From Arcobacteraceae bacterium (GTDB taxonomy: Bacteria; Campylobacterota; Campylobacteria; Campylobacterales; Arcobacteraceae), in the NCBI GenBank assembly GCA_048268245.1, contig JBLWVX010000009.1, positions 1 to 64,000 of the forward strand: 64,000 nt of DNA, written 5' to 3'. The first letter of the stretch is position 1, and each line of letters opens with the position of its first letter. The position numbers and the translations under genes are program-made. The notes below the pieces were generated by a model. The model was not told the origin of the DNA and did no database searches. It saw only the letters and a program-made list of their open reading frames with translations. Below, one piece after another: positions 1-9,606 of the stretch.

Positions 1-1
1 T

Positions 2-88
2 AAACAAAACATTGTTGCTCAAGCTGGTACTTATGCTATGAGTCAAGCTAATGCTATGCAACAAAACGTTTTAAGATTACTTCAGTAG
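2..88 (+). CDS. Flagellin, C-terminal fragment (5' end outside window)
   Basis: Frame 2 reads KQNIVAQAGTYAMSQANAMQQNVLRLLQ*, the typical flagellin C-terminus; adjacent to maf and pse genes. Confidence 0.93.
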   Translation, partial: KQNIVAQAGTYAMSQANAMQQNVLRLLQ

Positions 89-154
89 TATTTCTTTAGC
101 TTGTGTTTAAATTAATATATTTAAATAACTATTAACTATGTAAGAGTTCTTCTC

Positions 155-2218
155 TTACATTGTTATAGTTTTACTTTTTTTTACAATATAAGCTAAATAC
201 TCTTCATATTTTTCAAATAATTCTATAAGTTTCTCTATCCAAATAATAATAATTTTATTCATCTTTATCTTCTCATTTTTCTTTTTTATGAGCATACAAT
301 ATGAAATATAAGGATTAAAAGCTAAAGAATAGCCAGCATATACTTCTTTTAAAAACTCTATTTTACTTTCATCATTCATTATTAAAACAAAAATATCATT
401 TGATAGTTGATTTAGTTGTTCATAAGTATCAAAAGATTTACTATTATTTAAATACTTTATTAATTTAGGAACTAAAGAAAGGTGTTTTTCTAAATTTTCT
501 AAACTCTTATCATCAAGTCTTTTAACCGTCAAGTTATCAAAATCCTTAATTAAAAAATCTCTTATATTACATTTATCTAAATTTTTTAAACTTTTTTTAT
601 CAAGAGAAGAGATTAAAGTAGGTTTAGTATTTTCTATAAATGCTCCATGATTTGATAAGTTATATATTTGTACTTGATCTGAAAAAGACTCTCTATTATA
701 GTATTTTAATGAAGCATAAAATAACCTACTAGTTAAAACTTCATCTTTTAAGTTTCCTTTAACTTTTATAAAATTTTCTCTTGCAGAGTAGTTTTCACTA
801 AATATTTGATTATTAGTATTTTTTAGATCTACTTTTTTACTATGTTCATAATCATCAGAATGAGTAGAACCTGTTTCTTGATTTAAAGCCATATCTAAAC
901 CAAGTAAATATATATCTTTTATATTATTAAAAGTTGAAATTATTGAGTATGTAATCTCTCCAACTGAATTACCTGTGAATTTTTTTTGACCAATTTGAAT
1001 ACTACCTAAAACTTCATATAAATATATATTTGTAAGATTTGATAACCTTTCTATCACTTCAGGATTTGTATTAATAGAAGCTATTACTATTGCTTTTTTT
1101 ATTAAACTCTCAATTCCATCTTTTGGGAAAAACTGTTTTTCTACGTGTTTCTGTGGATCTACTGTTGTAATTATATCAGGTTGAATATCATTCTCATATA
1201 GTATTTTTAATGCAGCAGCCATTGTAACTATTATAAACCTATCTTGATTTTCTTTAACCCATTGAATATTATCACCTAAAGAAGGTCCTGCACCAAGATA
1301 TAGAACAGATTTTTTTTCAAAAGTATCTAATTGTAAATGTATTTTTAGTTTTAATGTTTTATATTTATAAAAGTTTTGTGATAAGTTAAATACTACATTA
1401 TCTAAATGCATATAATAATTAAAAGATAAAGGATTTACATCTAATGCTTTATCTACTATTCTATCAAAATATTTTTCTACATTATAGTTAGTTGAATAAA
1501 ACTTTAAAAGAGAGTTGTTATATATATCTTGGTTAAAAAAAGTTGAAAATTTTGAACTAAAAACTTTTTCATCATCCATAACAGAAAATACAACTTTTCT
1601 TCCTTCAACAGCTAGAGCGCTATAATCACATACAAATAAAGATAGTCTAAATATCTCTAAATTATTCTCACATATAAAAAATCTTTTTGCATTTGTTTTT
1701 TTCAAAATCTTAGGAATATGTCTTCCTAATAATGTTCCAACAAAAATAAATTTATCAATTTCATTTATTTTTTTATGTTCTCTATCTATTTTTATATTTA
1801 GCTCTTTTTTAATACTATAAAAATCATTCATAAACTTTTTCATAGCAACAGAAAAAACACTTTCATTATCATAAACAACAAAGTCACCTTCATTATCAAA
1901 ATTATACTGCCCAGCACTAAGAGTATTAATACTATTTGTTAAATCAAAATTTGTTTGTACAACTGCTTTATTATTGAATTTTTTTGGTTTTTTATTATAA
2001 ATATACTTATCTTCATTGCTATCATATATATCAAAGTCTCCTGACTCTTTTATAAATTCAAGAAAATATCTTTCTTTATACTCCCCTGTACCAATTGTAT
2101 CTGTCAAACTACAAATTCTAAGAAAAAGTTCATTATCAAACTCCGATAAAAATAATAAGTTTAAATGATATGTGTCCATCATTGCTTTATGTAATTGCTC
2201 TTCAGCAGACAAATCCAT
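155..2218 (-). CDS. Motility-associated factor (Maf/DUF115) flagellin glycosyltransferase, copy 1
   Basis: FIFVGTLLGRH, LEIFRLSLFVCDY, GAGPSL, PDIITTVDP, LLGLDMA motifs; next to flagellin. Confidence 0.85.
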   Translation of the reverse strand: MDLSAEEQLHKAMMDTYHLNLLFLSEFDNELFLRICSLTDTIGTGEYKERYFLEFIKESGDFDIYDSNEDKYIYNKKPKKFNNKAVVQTNFDLTNSINTLSAGQYNFDNEGDFVVYDNESVFSVAMKKFMNDFYSIKKELNIKIDREHKKINEIDKFIFVGTLLGRHIPKILKKTNAKRFFICENNLEIFRLSLFVCDYSALAVEGRKVVFSVMDDEKVFSSKFSTFFNQDIYNNSLLKFYSTNYNVEKYFDRIVDKALDVNPLSFNYYMHLDNVVFNLSQNFYKYKTLKLKIHLQLDTFEKKSVLYLGAGPSLGDNIQWVKENQDRFIIVTMAAALKILYENDIQPDIITTVDPQKHVEKQFFPKDGIESLIKKAIVIASINTNPEVIERLSNLTNIYLYEVLGSIQIGQKKFTGNSVGEITYSIISTFNNIKDIYLLGLDMALNQETGSTHSDDYEHSKKVDLKNTNNQIFSENYSARENFIKVKGNLKDEVLTSRLFYASLKYYNRESFSDQVQIYNLSNHGAFIENTKPTLISSLDKKSLKNLDKCNIRDFLIKDFDNLTVKRLDDKSLENLEKHLSLVPKLIKYLNNSKSFDTYEQLNQLSNDIFVLIMNDESKIEFLKEVYAGYSLAFNPYISYCMLIKKKNEKIKMNKIIIIWIEKLIELFEKYEEYLAYIVKKSKTITM

Positions 2219-2245
2219 GTATTAGTCCTTTTTCAAATATAATTT

Positions 2246-2279
2246 ATTATACTAAGATTTTATTAAATAAAGGTATAAT
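2246..2279. promoter_or_regulatory. Back-to-back sigma70 -10 boxes for the divergent maf genes
   Basis: TATAAT on the - strand at 2246-2251 and on the + strand at 2274-2279, in a 68-bp intergenic gap. Confidence 0.5.
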
Positions 2280-2286
2280 AATAACC

Positions 2287-4104
2287 ATGCAAGAACTACA
2301 AGAAACAATAATTCAAATTTATCAAAAAAATATAACTTTTCTAAAAAAGAACTACTTTGAAATATACAAAAAAGTAGAAGATCTAGAAAAAAACTTAATA
2401 GAAACTTATCATCTTGATTTTATTAATAATCATTTTGAGTTAATTCATCAAGATAAAAAAATATATAATTGTGACCCTTTTTATGATGCACAATACAGAG
2501 CTAAAAATATATACAACAATGAAAATATAATTTCATTAATTGATCCAAATAAAACTCTTGTATCATATGGGAATATAGATGAAGAAGTAGAAACATCTGA
2601 ATTTATAAATGAGTATGTAGAGCAATTAAAAAATATTGAAATACCAAAAGAACAAAGTAATAAATTTATATTCTTAGGTACTTTACTTGGTGTTCATTTA
2701 AATGATATCCATAGAGTCTTAAACTCAAAAGTTTATTTAATAATAGAGCCAAATATAGAGATTTTCAGATTATCCCTATTCCTTACTGATTATGAAGAAA
2801 TTGCTCAAAATAGTCAAATATTTTTTAGTATTTCACAAAATGAAGAAGAACTTAAAAACTGTATTATTAATTTCCTAAAATATAAATCTATTTACAACAA
2901 CTTTATTAGATTTGAACTTGCAAGTCCTAATGAACTTGATTTAGTTTCAAAAGTAAGTGAAATATTAACTTTAGAAAATAAAATAAGATACCCTTTTGCA
3001 GAATATATCTATAGTTTAAAAAGAGGTTTTTATTACCTAAAAAACAACAAAAATGGCATTCTAAAAACTATAATAAAAAAAGATTTTTTACAAGAAAAAC
3101 CTATCTTATTTTTAGCAGCAGGGCCTTCTTTAGATAAAAATGTTGAGTTTATAAAAGAGTGTAAAGATAGGTTTATCATAGTTGCAGCAGCTGCTATTTT
3201 AAAGTTTTTGGAAAATCATCAAATACACCCTGATATTATAATCTCAATTGATGCTGGGGAAACAACGGTTAGAAACCAATTTGATGTAAACAAAGAGTTT
3301 TTTAAAGACTCTTTAATTATTAGTTCAATTAAAACTGACCCAAAAATCTATGAAGAAATAAACAATAATAATGTATTTTTTATTCAGACATCTATTGAAT
3401 TTTTGATAAATACAGGCTTGCTTCCTGGAGTTACAGTTGGAGATATTGGTTTAAAGATTTTACTTACTCTTGGAGCAAAAGAAATCTATTTATTAGGATT
3501 AGATGCAGCTATTGATGAAAAAACTGGAGAAACACACTTCTCTTCATACTATTATAATAAAGAGATTCAAAAAGAAGAAGAGAACAACTATAAAAATTAT
3601 CTAGTAGAGGTAAAAGGAAACTTCACAAAAAGTGTTAAAACTACTTTACTTTATAAAGATATGATTGAAAGTATAAATGAAATAAAAGAGAATTTAATCA
3701 AAGGCTCTTCTATATACAATCTATCTAAAGGGGCTTACTTTAATAATACAAAACCTTTAAAACTTTTAGATATAAATACTAGTAATTTCAAAAAATTTGA
3801 TAAAGACTCTTATATTAAATCTTTAATAAATCAATTAAAAACTATCACAAGAAAAGAACTTGAAAAAATTGATATAAATGAAATAAAAAAAGAGAGTAAA
3901 GTAATTAAAAGACTAAAAACATCTAAAGATATAGAAAAAGATTTTGAGAAATTAAAAAACAATTTCCCAACATCTTTTGTTATTCAAATATTAGATGAAT
4001 TTTTTCTTCTTACAAATCCTTATAGTTTTTATCTTGAAGATAAAAGTATTCAACTTTCACAAATAAATAAAATTTTAAATACCTTCGAAGAGATTTATAA
4101 CTAA
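2287..4104 (+). CDS. Motility-associated factor (Maf/DUF115) flagellin glycosyltransferase, copy 2
   Basis: FIFLGTLLGVH, IEIFRLSLFLTDY, AAGPSL, PDIIISID, LLGLDAA motifs; start moved to ATG 2287 (MQELQET). Confidence 0.85.
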   Translation: MQELQETIIQIYQKNITFLKKNYFEIYKKVEDLEKNLIETYHLDFINNHFELIHQDKKIYNCDPFYDAQYRAKNIYNNENIISLIDPNKTLVSYGNIDEEVETSEFINEYVEQLKNIEIPKEQSNKFIFLGTLLGVHLNDIHRVLNSKVYLIIEPNIEIFRLSLFLTDYEEIAQNSQIFFSISQNEEELKNCIINFLKYKSIYNNFIRFELASPNELDLVSKVSEILTLENKIRYPFAEYIYSLKRGFYYLKNNKNGILKTIIKKDFLQEKPILFLAAGPSLDKNVEFIKECKDRFIIVAAAAILKFLENHQIHPDIIISIDAGETTVRNQFDVNKEFFKDSLIISSIKTDPKIYEEINNNNVFFIQTSIEFLINTGLLPGVTVGDIGLKILLTLGAKEIYLLGLDAAIDEKTGETHFSSYYYNKEIQKEEENNYKNYLVEVKGNFTKSVKTTLLYKDMIESINEIKENLIKGSSIYNLSKGAYFNNTKPLKLLDINTSNFKKFDKDSYIKSLINQLKTITRKELEKIDINEIKKESKVIKRLKTSKDIEKDFEKLKNNFPTSFVIQILDEFFLLTNPYSFYLEDKSIQLSQINKILNTFEEIYN

Positions 4105-4106
4105 GA

Positions 4107-5162
4107 CTATTTTCTAACATATAGTCTTAGTTGAGAGTGGAAGTTATCTTCTGTTTTAAAACCAAAAACTTCTGAATCTACAGCTTTTAATTCATATTCA
4201 GGTAAGAACTCATCATAGTCATCCCCTAATATAGGAGTATCAACCCCATAAACTGTATTTTCATCTTTTTTCTTTTTCCCCTCTTCTATATTTCTTAGTA
4301 AAATAAATTTAGGTGCTAACTCTCTTATATATTTACAATAATTATTTACAACATCAGGCTCCATCTCTTGAAATGAGATAAAATTGACAAATAAATCAAT
4401 TTTACCTTTTAGCTTTTCAATTTGCCAAGAGCATAAATTTAAAGCTTTATATTTTTGTTTTAATTCTTCAATATCTAAAACTTCTTTTTTATGTAAATCT
4501 CCATAGTCTGCTATGTTTTCTTTACCAAATACTTCTTTTAAGTAATACGAAGAAACAAAAGAAACAGGAGGAATATCTGCATTTATATAAAAAATATCAT
4601 TTCTCTCATCACCAAGTAAAATTTCACCTAAAGTACCAAATCCACCACCTATTTCCATTACATTTTTTATATTAGAGGAATCAACATGTTTCTTTAAAAA
4701 ACTTAATCCCAATAAATAGTTTAAAAATGATCTTGAAAACTTTCTATTATCGAAAGTAAATTGTTCTAAAGGTTCTCCTACATTACTTTCAGATACTTTA
4801 TCTGTAAATGGTTTTATATTTTTTTCAGTGCTTTTTAAAACTCTAAAATCAGAAAAGGCATGAGCTGTTCCATCTAATAAATTATCTAACCTTTTATTCA
4901 TTTTAAAATCAGCTGTTACATTTTTTAGTTCTTCTTTTAATCCTTTGTACAATGAACTATTATCCAAAAAATTCAAAAAAGCATAAGTAGGAACAAAAAA
5001 GCTCCTCATAATTCTTATTGATCGAAAAGTATGAACTCCATTTGTTTCCAAATCATCAATAATCTTCTTTGAGCCTGCTTCCCAAAAAGTAGTAGGCTGA
5101 TAAACATCTTTTTGAAGCTTCATATCTTTTAACATTAAATCTAATAACTCATACTTATACAT
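4107..5162 (-). CDS. Putative sugar O-methyltransferase (SAM-dependent)
   Basis: EIGGGFG SAM-binding motif and DLFVNFISFQEM; GGAG RBS before ATG 5162; last gene of the pse operon. Confidence 0.7.
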   Translation of the reverse strand: MYKYELLDLMLKDMKLQKDVYQPTTFWEAGSKKIIDDLETNGVHTFRSIRIMRSFFVPTYAFLNFLDNSSLYKGLKEELKNVTADFKMNKRLDNLLDGTAHAFSDFRVLKSTEKNIKPFTDKVSESNVGEPLEQFTFDNRKFSRSFLNYLLGLSFLKKHVDSSNIKNVMEIGGGFGTLGEILLGDERNDIFYINADIPPVSFVSSYYLKEVFGKENIADYGDLHKKEVLDIEELKQKYKALNLCSWQIEKLKGKIDLFVNFISFQEMEPDVVNNYCKYIRELAPKFILLRNIEEGKKKKDENTVYGVDTPILGDDYDEFLPEYELKAVDSEVFGFKTEDNFHSQLRLYVRK

Positions 5163-6210
5163 TCTTCTCTCCATTTTTTTCAAAAATATCCCAACTTAAA
5201 GCTGTACCTTTTTTTAAATTTTGATTTACTTTTTTCCCTAATACCTCATCTAAATATTTAGGATGCAAACCTTTACCAGGTCTTATACTTCTAATGTTAT
5301 TTAAACTTAAAACTTCACCTTTTTCTATATCACTTACCACATATAAACTTCTTGATGATCTTCTACTTGATACTTTTTTTTCATTTAAAGAGTAGTTTAC
5401 TTTTCCTAATAACTTTTCAGTATCTCGTACTGCTGTAACCATTTGTTTAAATTCATTCTTATCTAAAGAGAAGTGAGAATCAGGTCCACCTAATGACTTA
5501 TCAATGATGAAATGTTTCTCAATAACTTTTGCACCAAGAGTTGTTGCTACAACTGGGGCTGTTATACCTAAAGTATGATCAGAAAAGCCGGAATAAACAC
5601 CAAAAGTTTGAGATAAATTAGGAATTGAAACTAAATTTGCTTCTTCTAAAGCAGCAGGATATGCACTTGTGCATTTTAATAAAAAAATATTATTATTACC
5701 CTCTTTTCTACAAATATCAACTACATCTTGTATCTCTTGAATAGTTGATATTCCCGTAGATATAATAATTGGTCTTTTTTTACTTGCAACATATCTAACT
5801 AGCTCATAGTCAGTAATTTCAAAAGAAGCAATTTTATAAGCGCTTGGATTGAATTGCTCTAAAAAATCAACTGCACTTTTATCAAAAGGTGAAGAGAAAA
5901 TATCTATTCCAATTTCTCTAGCATAATTAAAAAGCTTTTCATGCCATTCCCATGGGGTATGAGCTTCTTCATATAGATCATATAATCTTCTTCCTGCCCA
6001 AGGTCCAGACGGATTAGCTTCAAACTCTTCGCCATCTATATCTAAAGTCATTGTTTGAGCAGTATATGTTTGAAGTTTAATAGCATTTGCACCACACTCT
6101 TTTGCTGCTTTTATTGTATCTAATGCTATTTGCAAGTCACCGTTATGATTACCACTCATCTCTGCTATAATATATACTGCTTTATTTATATCAAAATTTC
6201 CTATTTTCAT
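5155..6210 (-). CDS. pseI: Pseudaminic acid synthase
   Basis: IIAEMSGNHNG, AIKLQTY, KIASFE, GFSDHT, IEKHF and C-terminal SAF domain (IRPGKGLHP). Confidence 0.92.
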   Translation of the reverse strand: MKIGNFDINKAVYIIAEMSGNHNGDLQIALDTIKAAKECGANAIKLQTYTAQTMTLDIDGEEFEANPSGPWAGRRLYDLYEEAHTPWEWHEKLFNYAREIGIDIFSSPFDKSAVDFLEQFNPSAYKIASFEITDYELVRYVASKKRPIIISTGISTIQEIQDVVDICRKEGNNNIFLLKCTSAYPAALEEANLVSIPNLSQTFGVYSGFSDHTLGITAPVVATTLGAKVIEKHFIIDKSLGGPDSHFSLDKNEFKQMVTAVRDTEKLLGKVNYSLNEKKVSSRRSSRSLYVVSDIEKGEVLSLNNIRSIRPGKGLHPKYLDEVLGKKVNQNLKKGTALSWDIFEKNGEKNV

Positions 6211-6219
6211 CTATACACC

Positions 6220-7083
6220 TTAAGATATTCTCTTTGCATAAATAACAACTTGTCTTGACATACCTATATTTGCACTTGATTGATAGTATTCTATATACTT
6301 TTCAATACCTTGCTCAAATAAAAAGTTATCCACTTTAACTCTTGCTTTGTGTGCATTTTTACCTAGACTTCTATCTTTCGCATAGTTTGAAGAATCATTA
6401 GCTAGAAAAATTTCTATTGGAAACTCTCCTAATTTATAAGATACTTCATACCCACAAGCTTCTAATAGCTTTTGTAAAGAATCAAATGTAAAATAATGTA
6501 AATGATCAGGAATAGTAACCCAAGTTATAGTTGTGTCTTTATTTTCTAACAAGAACTCTTGATATTTAGAAAAATCATTAGGTACGGATATTCTTAATAA
6601 AGAGTCTTCATCCAATAATGACTTTAAGTCTTCTAACAAAGAAACTGGATCTATTACATGCTCAAGAACATTTGATAGATTTACTAAAGAGTATCTTTTT
6701 TTATCAGCAATTACTTTTTTTACAGAATCAAAAATATCATTTTTTATCAAAGTATGTTTTATATCAGGATTGTGAGTCTTTATACCATAATCTGAATAAT
6801 CCAAAGTTGTTACACTCCACTTTTTCTTATGAAAATAGTTAGCGAAATAACCTTCTCCTGCCCCTACATCTAATAAAGTCTTTGTTTTTGTTTTAGACAC
6901 TAGATGATAGGCAACCTTTGCTTTTGTTTCAAAAAATCTAACCTCATCTTTTGAATATTCATGAGAATGAGCCGCTGCATTTTGTTGATAATATTTATTG
7001 CTATAGTACTCTTCAAGTTCTTTTTGAGAAGGTAAATTCTTTACACTGCAATAACCATATTCACTTAAAACTAAATCTTCCAT
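6220..7083 (-). CDS. Class I SAM-dependent methyltransferase
   Basis: LLDVGAGEG, NVLEHV.DP, ISVPND and PDHLHYF motifs. Confidence 0.85.
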   Translation of the reverse strand: MEDLVLSEYGYCSVKNLPSQKELEEYYSNKYYQQNAAAHSHEYSKDEVRFFETKAKVAYHLVSKTKTKTLLDVGAGEGYFANYFHKKKWSVTTLDYSDYGIKTHNPDIKHTLIKNDIFDSVKKVIADKKRYSLVNLSNVLEHVIDPVSLLEDLKSLLDEDSLLRISVPNDFSKYQEFLLENKDTTITWVTIPDHLHYFTFDSLQKLLEACGYEVSYKLGEFPIEIFLANDSSNYAKDRSLGKNAHKARVKVDNFLFEQGIEKYIEYYQSSANIGMSRQVVIYAKRIS

Positions 7084-8094
7084 TTACTTAAACCTACTTA
7101 TAAACTCTTCTTGTAAAACTATTGTAGGTCTATTGTCTTGTTCCCTAATAAATAGAACCTTAGGATCATCACTTAAAAAGCCAATATCCTCACCCCTTGC
7201 AGTTTTTAAAAAACATTCAAAAGCATTTACTTTTCCATAGTTAAATAGCTGCATATTATAATAGAATCTTCCAGCATTAATCTCAGTAATTGCCAATGTT
7301 TCATCTTCATAACACTTTATATCTATATCAAGAATACCATTTGGCTTATATCCTAATTTATTTATAGCATCTTCAACAAACTCTTTTACTCTTTCATCAT
7401 AAAAACTTTCAATAACATTTGGAGCTGATTCACCTGGCTGACCATTATATCTTACTCTTTTTGCCATCTTACACATTTTTAAATTACCATCTTTCCAAAT
7501 AGTCATAACAGCCATGTCTGTACCACCAAGAAACTCACTTATTAAAAACTCTTCTATAGGTATATTATATACTTTACAATTATGTTCTATATAAGATTTT
7601 GCATCTTCAACACTTATTACTTTCGAAGTATTTTTAGAACCTGCACCACTTCTTGTTCTACACCACAAAGGAGTAGTTTTTAAAGTATTAAAAGCAAGTT
7701 CTATATCATCATAGCTTTTTATGTTAAATGTCTTTGCAGATGAAATATTATGTTCTTGTAACTTTTGATGAAAACTCCATTTATCAAATGTTAAATCTAC
7801 TAAATCAAATTGAGGTATAAATGTTTTTGTTTTGATTTTATCGATATGTCTTGATACAACCCAAACTTCTAAATCAGAATTTGGTATAAACAATTCAATA
7901 CCATTTTCTTCAATTATTTCATTAACTGCTTTAATATACTCTTCTTCATTTGAGGCATGAGGTACTAATATATTTTGTTCAATAATAGATGCAAATATTT
8001 TATACTTATCATTTGTAATACCAAGAAACTCTTCTTTGCTATCTTGAATTAATCTATTTGTTCCTCCACTACCCGCAGCACTAATTAAAATCAT
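7084..8094 (-). CDS. ATP-grasp domain ligase
   Basis: FIPNSDLE, DKWSFHQKL, GAGSK loop, ISEFLGG and EINAGRF motifs of the ATP-grasp fold. Confidence 0.8.
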   Translation of the reverse strand: MILISAAGSGGTNRLIQDSKEEFLGITNDKYKIFASIIEQNILVPHASNEEEYIKAVNEIIEENGIELFIPNSDLEVWVVSRHIDKIKTKTFIPQFDLVDLTFDKWSFHQKLQEHNISSAKTFNIKSYDDIELAFNTLKTTPLWCRTRSGAGSKNTSKVISVEDAKSYIEHNCKVYNIPIEEFLISEFLGGTDMAVMTIWKDGNLKMCKMAKRVRYNGQPGESAPNVIESFYDERVKEFVEDAINKLGYKPNGILDIDIKCYEDETLAITEINAGRFYYNMQLFNYGKVNAFECFLKTARGEDIGFLSDDPKVLFIREQDNRPTIVLQEEFISRFK

Positions 8095-8852
8095 AAATTA
8101 TCTCCATGCATAGTAAGTAAAGTATCACTTCTTAAACCTAGCCTTAATGTCTCTAGCCCAATAATACTACTATATGCAATGTTTCCTAAGTTTACATTTG
8201 TCCCAAAGTTATTTATAAACCATGCTTGTTGTGCTTTTTGTGGAGCTTCAAAGATTAAATTTTCTATTGAAATTTCATCTAAAATTTCATCTACTAAGCC
8301 TGTTCTAATTTCCGAAGAGTCTCTATATAAACCTGCTTGTCCACTCTCTCTTCCTTCTGCTATGATTTTCCATGCACCAGCATCTAAAGTAGCTTTGATT
8401 TCTTCAACCCATTTTTTAGGTGATATTACTTTTCTTACATCTTTACTACCTACTTCTGATAAAACTTTAAAATCATCAGTAAAATATTTAATTAATTCTA
8501 TCTTCTTATCTAATGTTAACTCTATTGTTCCATCTGAAATTTCAATATAATTAATATCTAAAGATTTTAAATACTCTTTGAATTGAGGTAATTTATCTTG
8601 AATATAAGCCAGTTCAAAAAATGTTCCCCCTAAAGAAACAGGAATATTATAAGATTTATATAACTCTATCTTTTCTTTCAAATTTTGTGTTACTAAAGCT
8701 GTGCCCCAACCTAACTTTACATAATCAATATGATTACAACTCATATCAAGATAGTCTTTTACAGTATTTAAAGGGATACCTGTGTCAATAACCATTGATA
8801 TTCCTGTGTTTCTTGGCTTTGCTGTTCTTTGTGGTAGATTTAAACTATACAT
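8091..8852 (-). CDS. comA: (2R)-phospho-3-sulfolactate synthase
   Basis: DYVKLGWGT, GGTFFE, IEISDG, SEVGSK, AEGRESG, FEAPQK, NVNLGNI and LETLRLGLRSDT motifs. Confidence 0.92.
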   Translation of the reverse strand: MYSLNLPQRTAKPRNTGISMVIDTGIPLNTVKDYLDMSCNHIDYVKLGWGTALVTQNLKEKIELYKSYNIPVSLGGTFFELAYIQDKLPQFKEYLKSLDINYIEISDGTIELTLDKKIELIKYFTDDFKVLSEVGSKDVRKVISPKKWVEEIKATLDAGAWKIIAEGRESGQAGLYRDSSEIRTGLVDEILDEISIENLIFEAPQKAQQAWFINNFGTNVNLGNIAYSSIIGLETLRLGLRSDTLLTMHGDNL

Positions 8853-8883
8853 TTCTTATCCTTTGCTTATATTATATATTTTT

Positions 8884-9606
8884 TTAATTGAAACTACAAT
8901 ACTTTTTAACTTTAATTTGATTATTTTCTTTAGTTGCCTTCATTACAAAATCACTATGTTTTTTCACACAACATAAAGAAATATCTAAAATTGAAAAATC
9001 TTCATTCCCAATATCATAAAACTTATGAGCAGCTTCACTATTTACTATTCTATATACTGTCTCTTCTTCTAAAGATTTAAGTGACTTGAAATCATTTAAT
9101 ATAAGTTTTTTCATATATAAAGCGCAAGCTAAGTCATCATCACCACTTGGATGTGATGCAATAATATTTATTTTAATATTCTGTTTTTCAATTTGTTGTA
9201 TCAGTTTTAATATATGTTTTGATGTTGTGAAAGCATTAGAGTATCCAGTTACAAAAAGATTATCAGTATCAAGAGAATTTAATGCAACTTTTACCCCATT
9301 TGTTGTTTTCTGTACGAGTATCTTTTCTTTTATATCATTTATTGTCATATCATAAGGAGAATTTCCAAAATCAAAACTATCAATTTTGAATCCTTTAACC
9401 TCTCCAGCTAAAATAACTAATTCATTGTTTTTTTTTAAAAATAAAGCTTCTTCTTCACTATTTGTAAGAATGATCTCTTTTGCCTTATTTAAAAAAGCAT
9501 GATGTGAAACAGTAAATGCTCTAATTACATCAATTACAACATTTATATCAGAGTACTCTAAACTATTATTTCCTTGATAAATATTTACACTTATATTTTT
9601 ATTCAT
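8884..9606 (-). CDS. comB: 2-phosphosulfolactate phosphatase
   Basis: VVIDVIRAFT, LAGE, FDFGNSP, TTNG and DDLACA motifs; adjacent to comA. Confidence 0.9.
   Translation of the reverse strand: MNKNISVNIYQGNNSLEYSDINVVIDVIRAFTVSHHAFLNKAKEIILTNSEEEALFLKKNNELVILAGEVKGFKIDSFDFGNSPYDMTINDIKEKILVQKTTNGVKVALNSLDTDNLFVTGYSNAFTTSKHILKLIQQIEKQNIKINIIASHPSGDDDLACALYMKKLILNDFKSLKSLEEETVYRIVNSEAAHKFYDIGNEDFSILDISLCCVKKHSDFVMKATKENNQIKVKKYCSFN

Noticed and set aside
8091..9606. comA/comB as evidence of coenzyme M biosynthesis
   Set aside because: No comC/comDE or CoM-using genes in the window; the genes are embedded in a sugar-nucleotide operon
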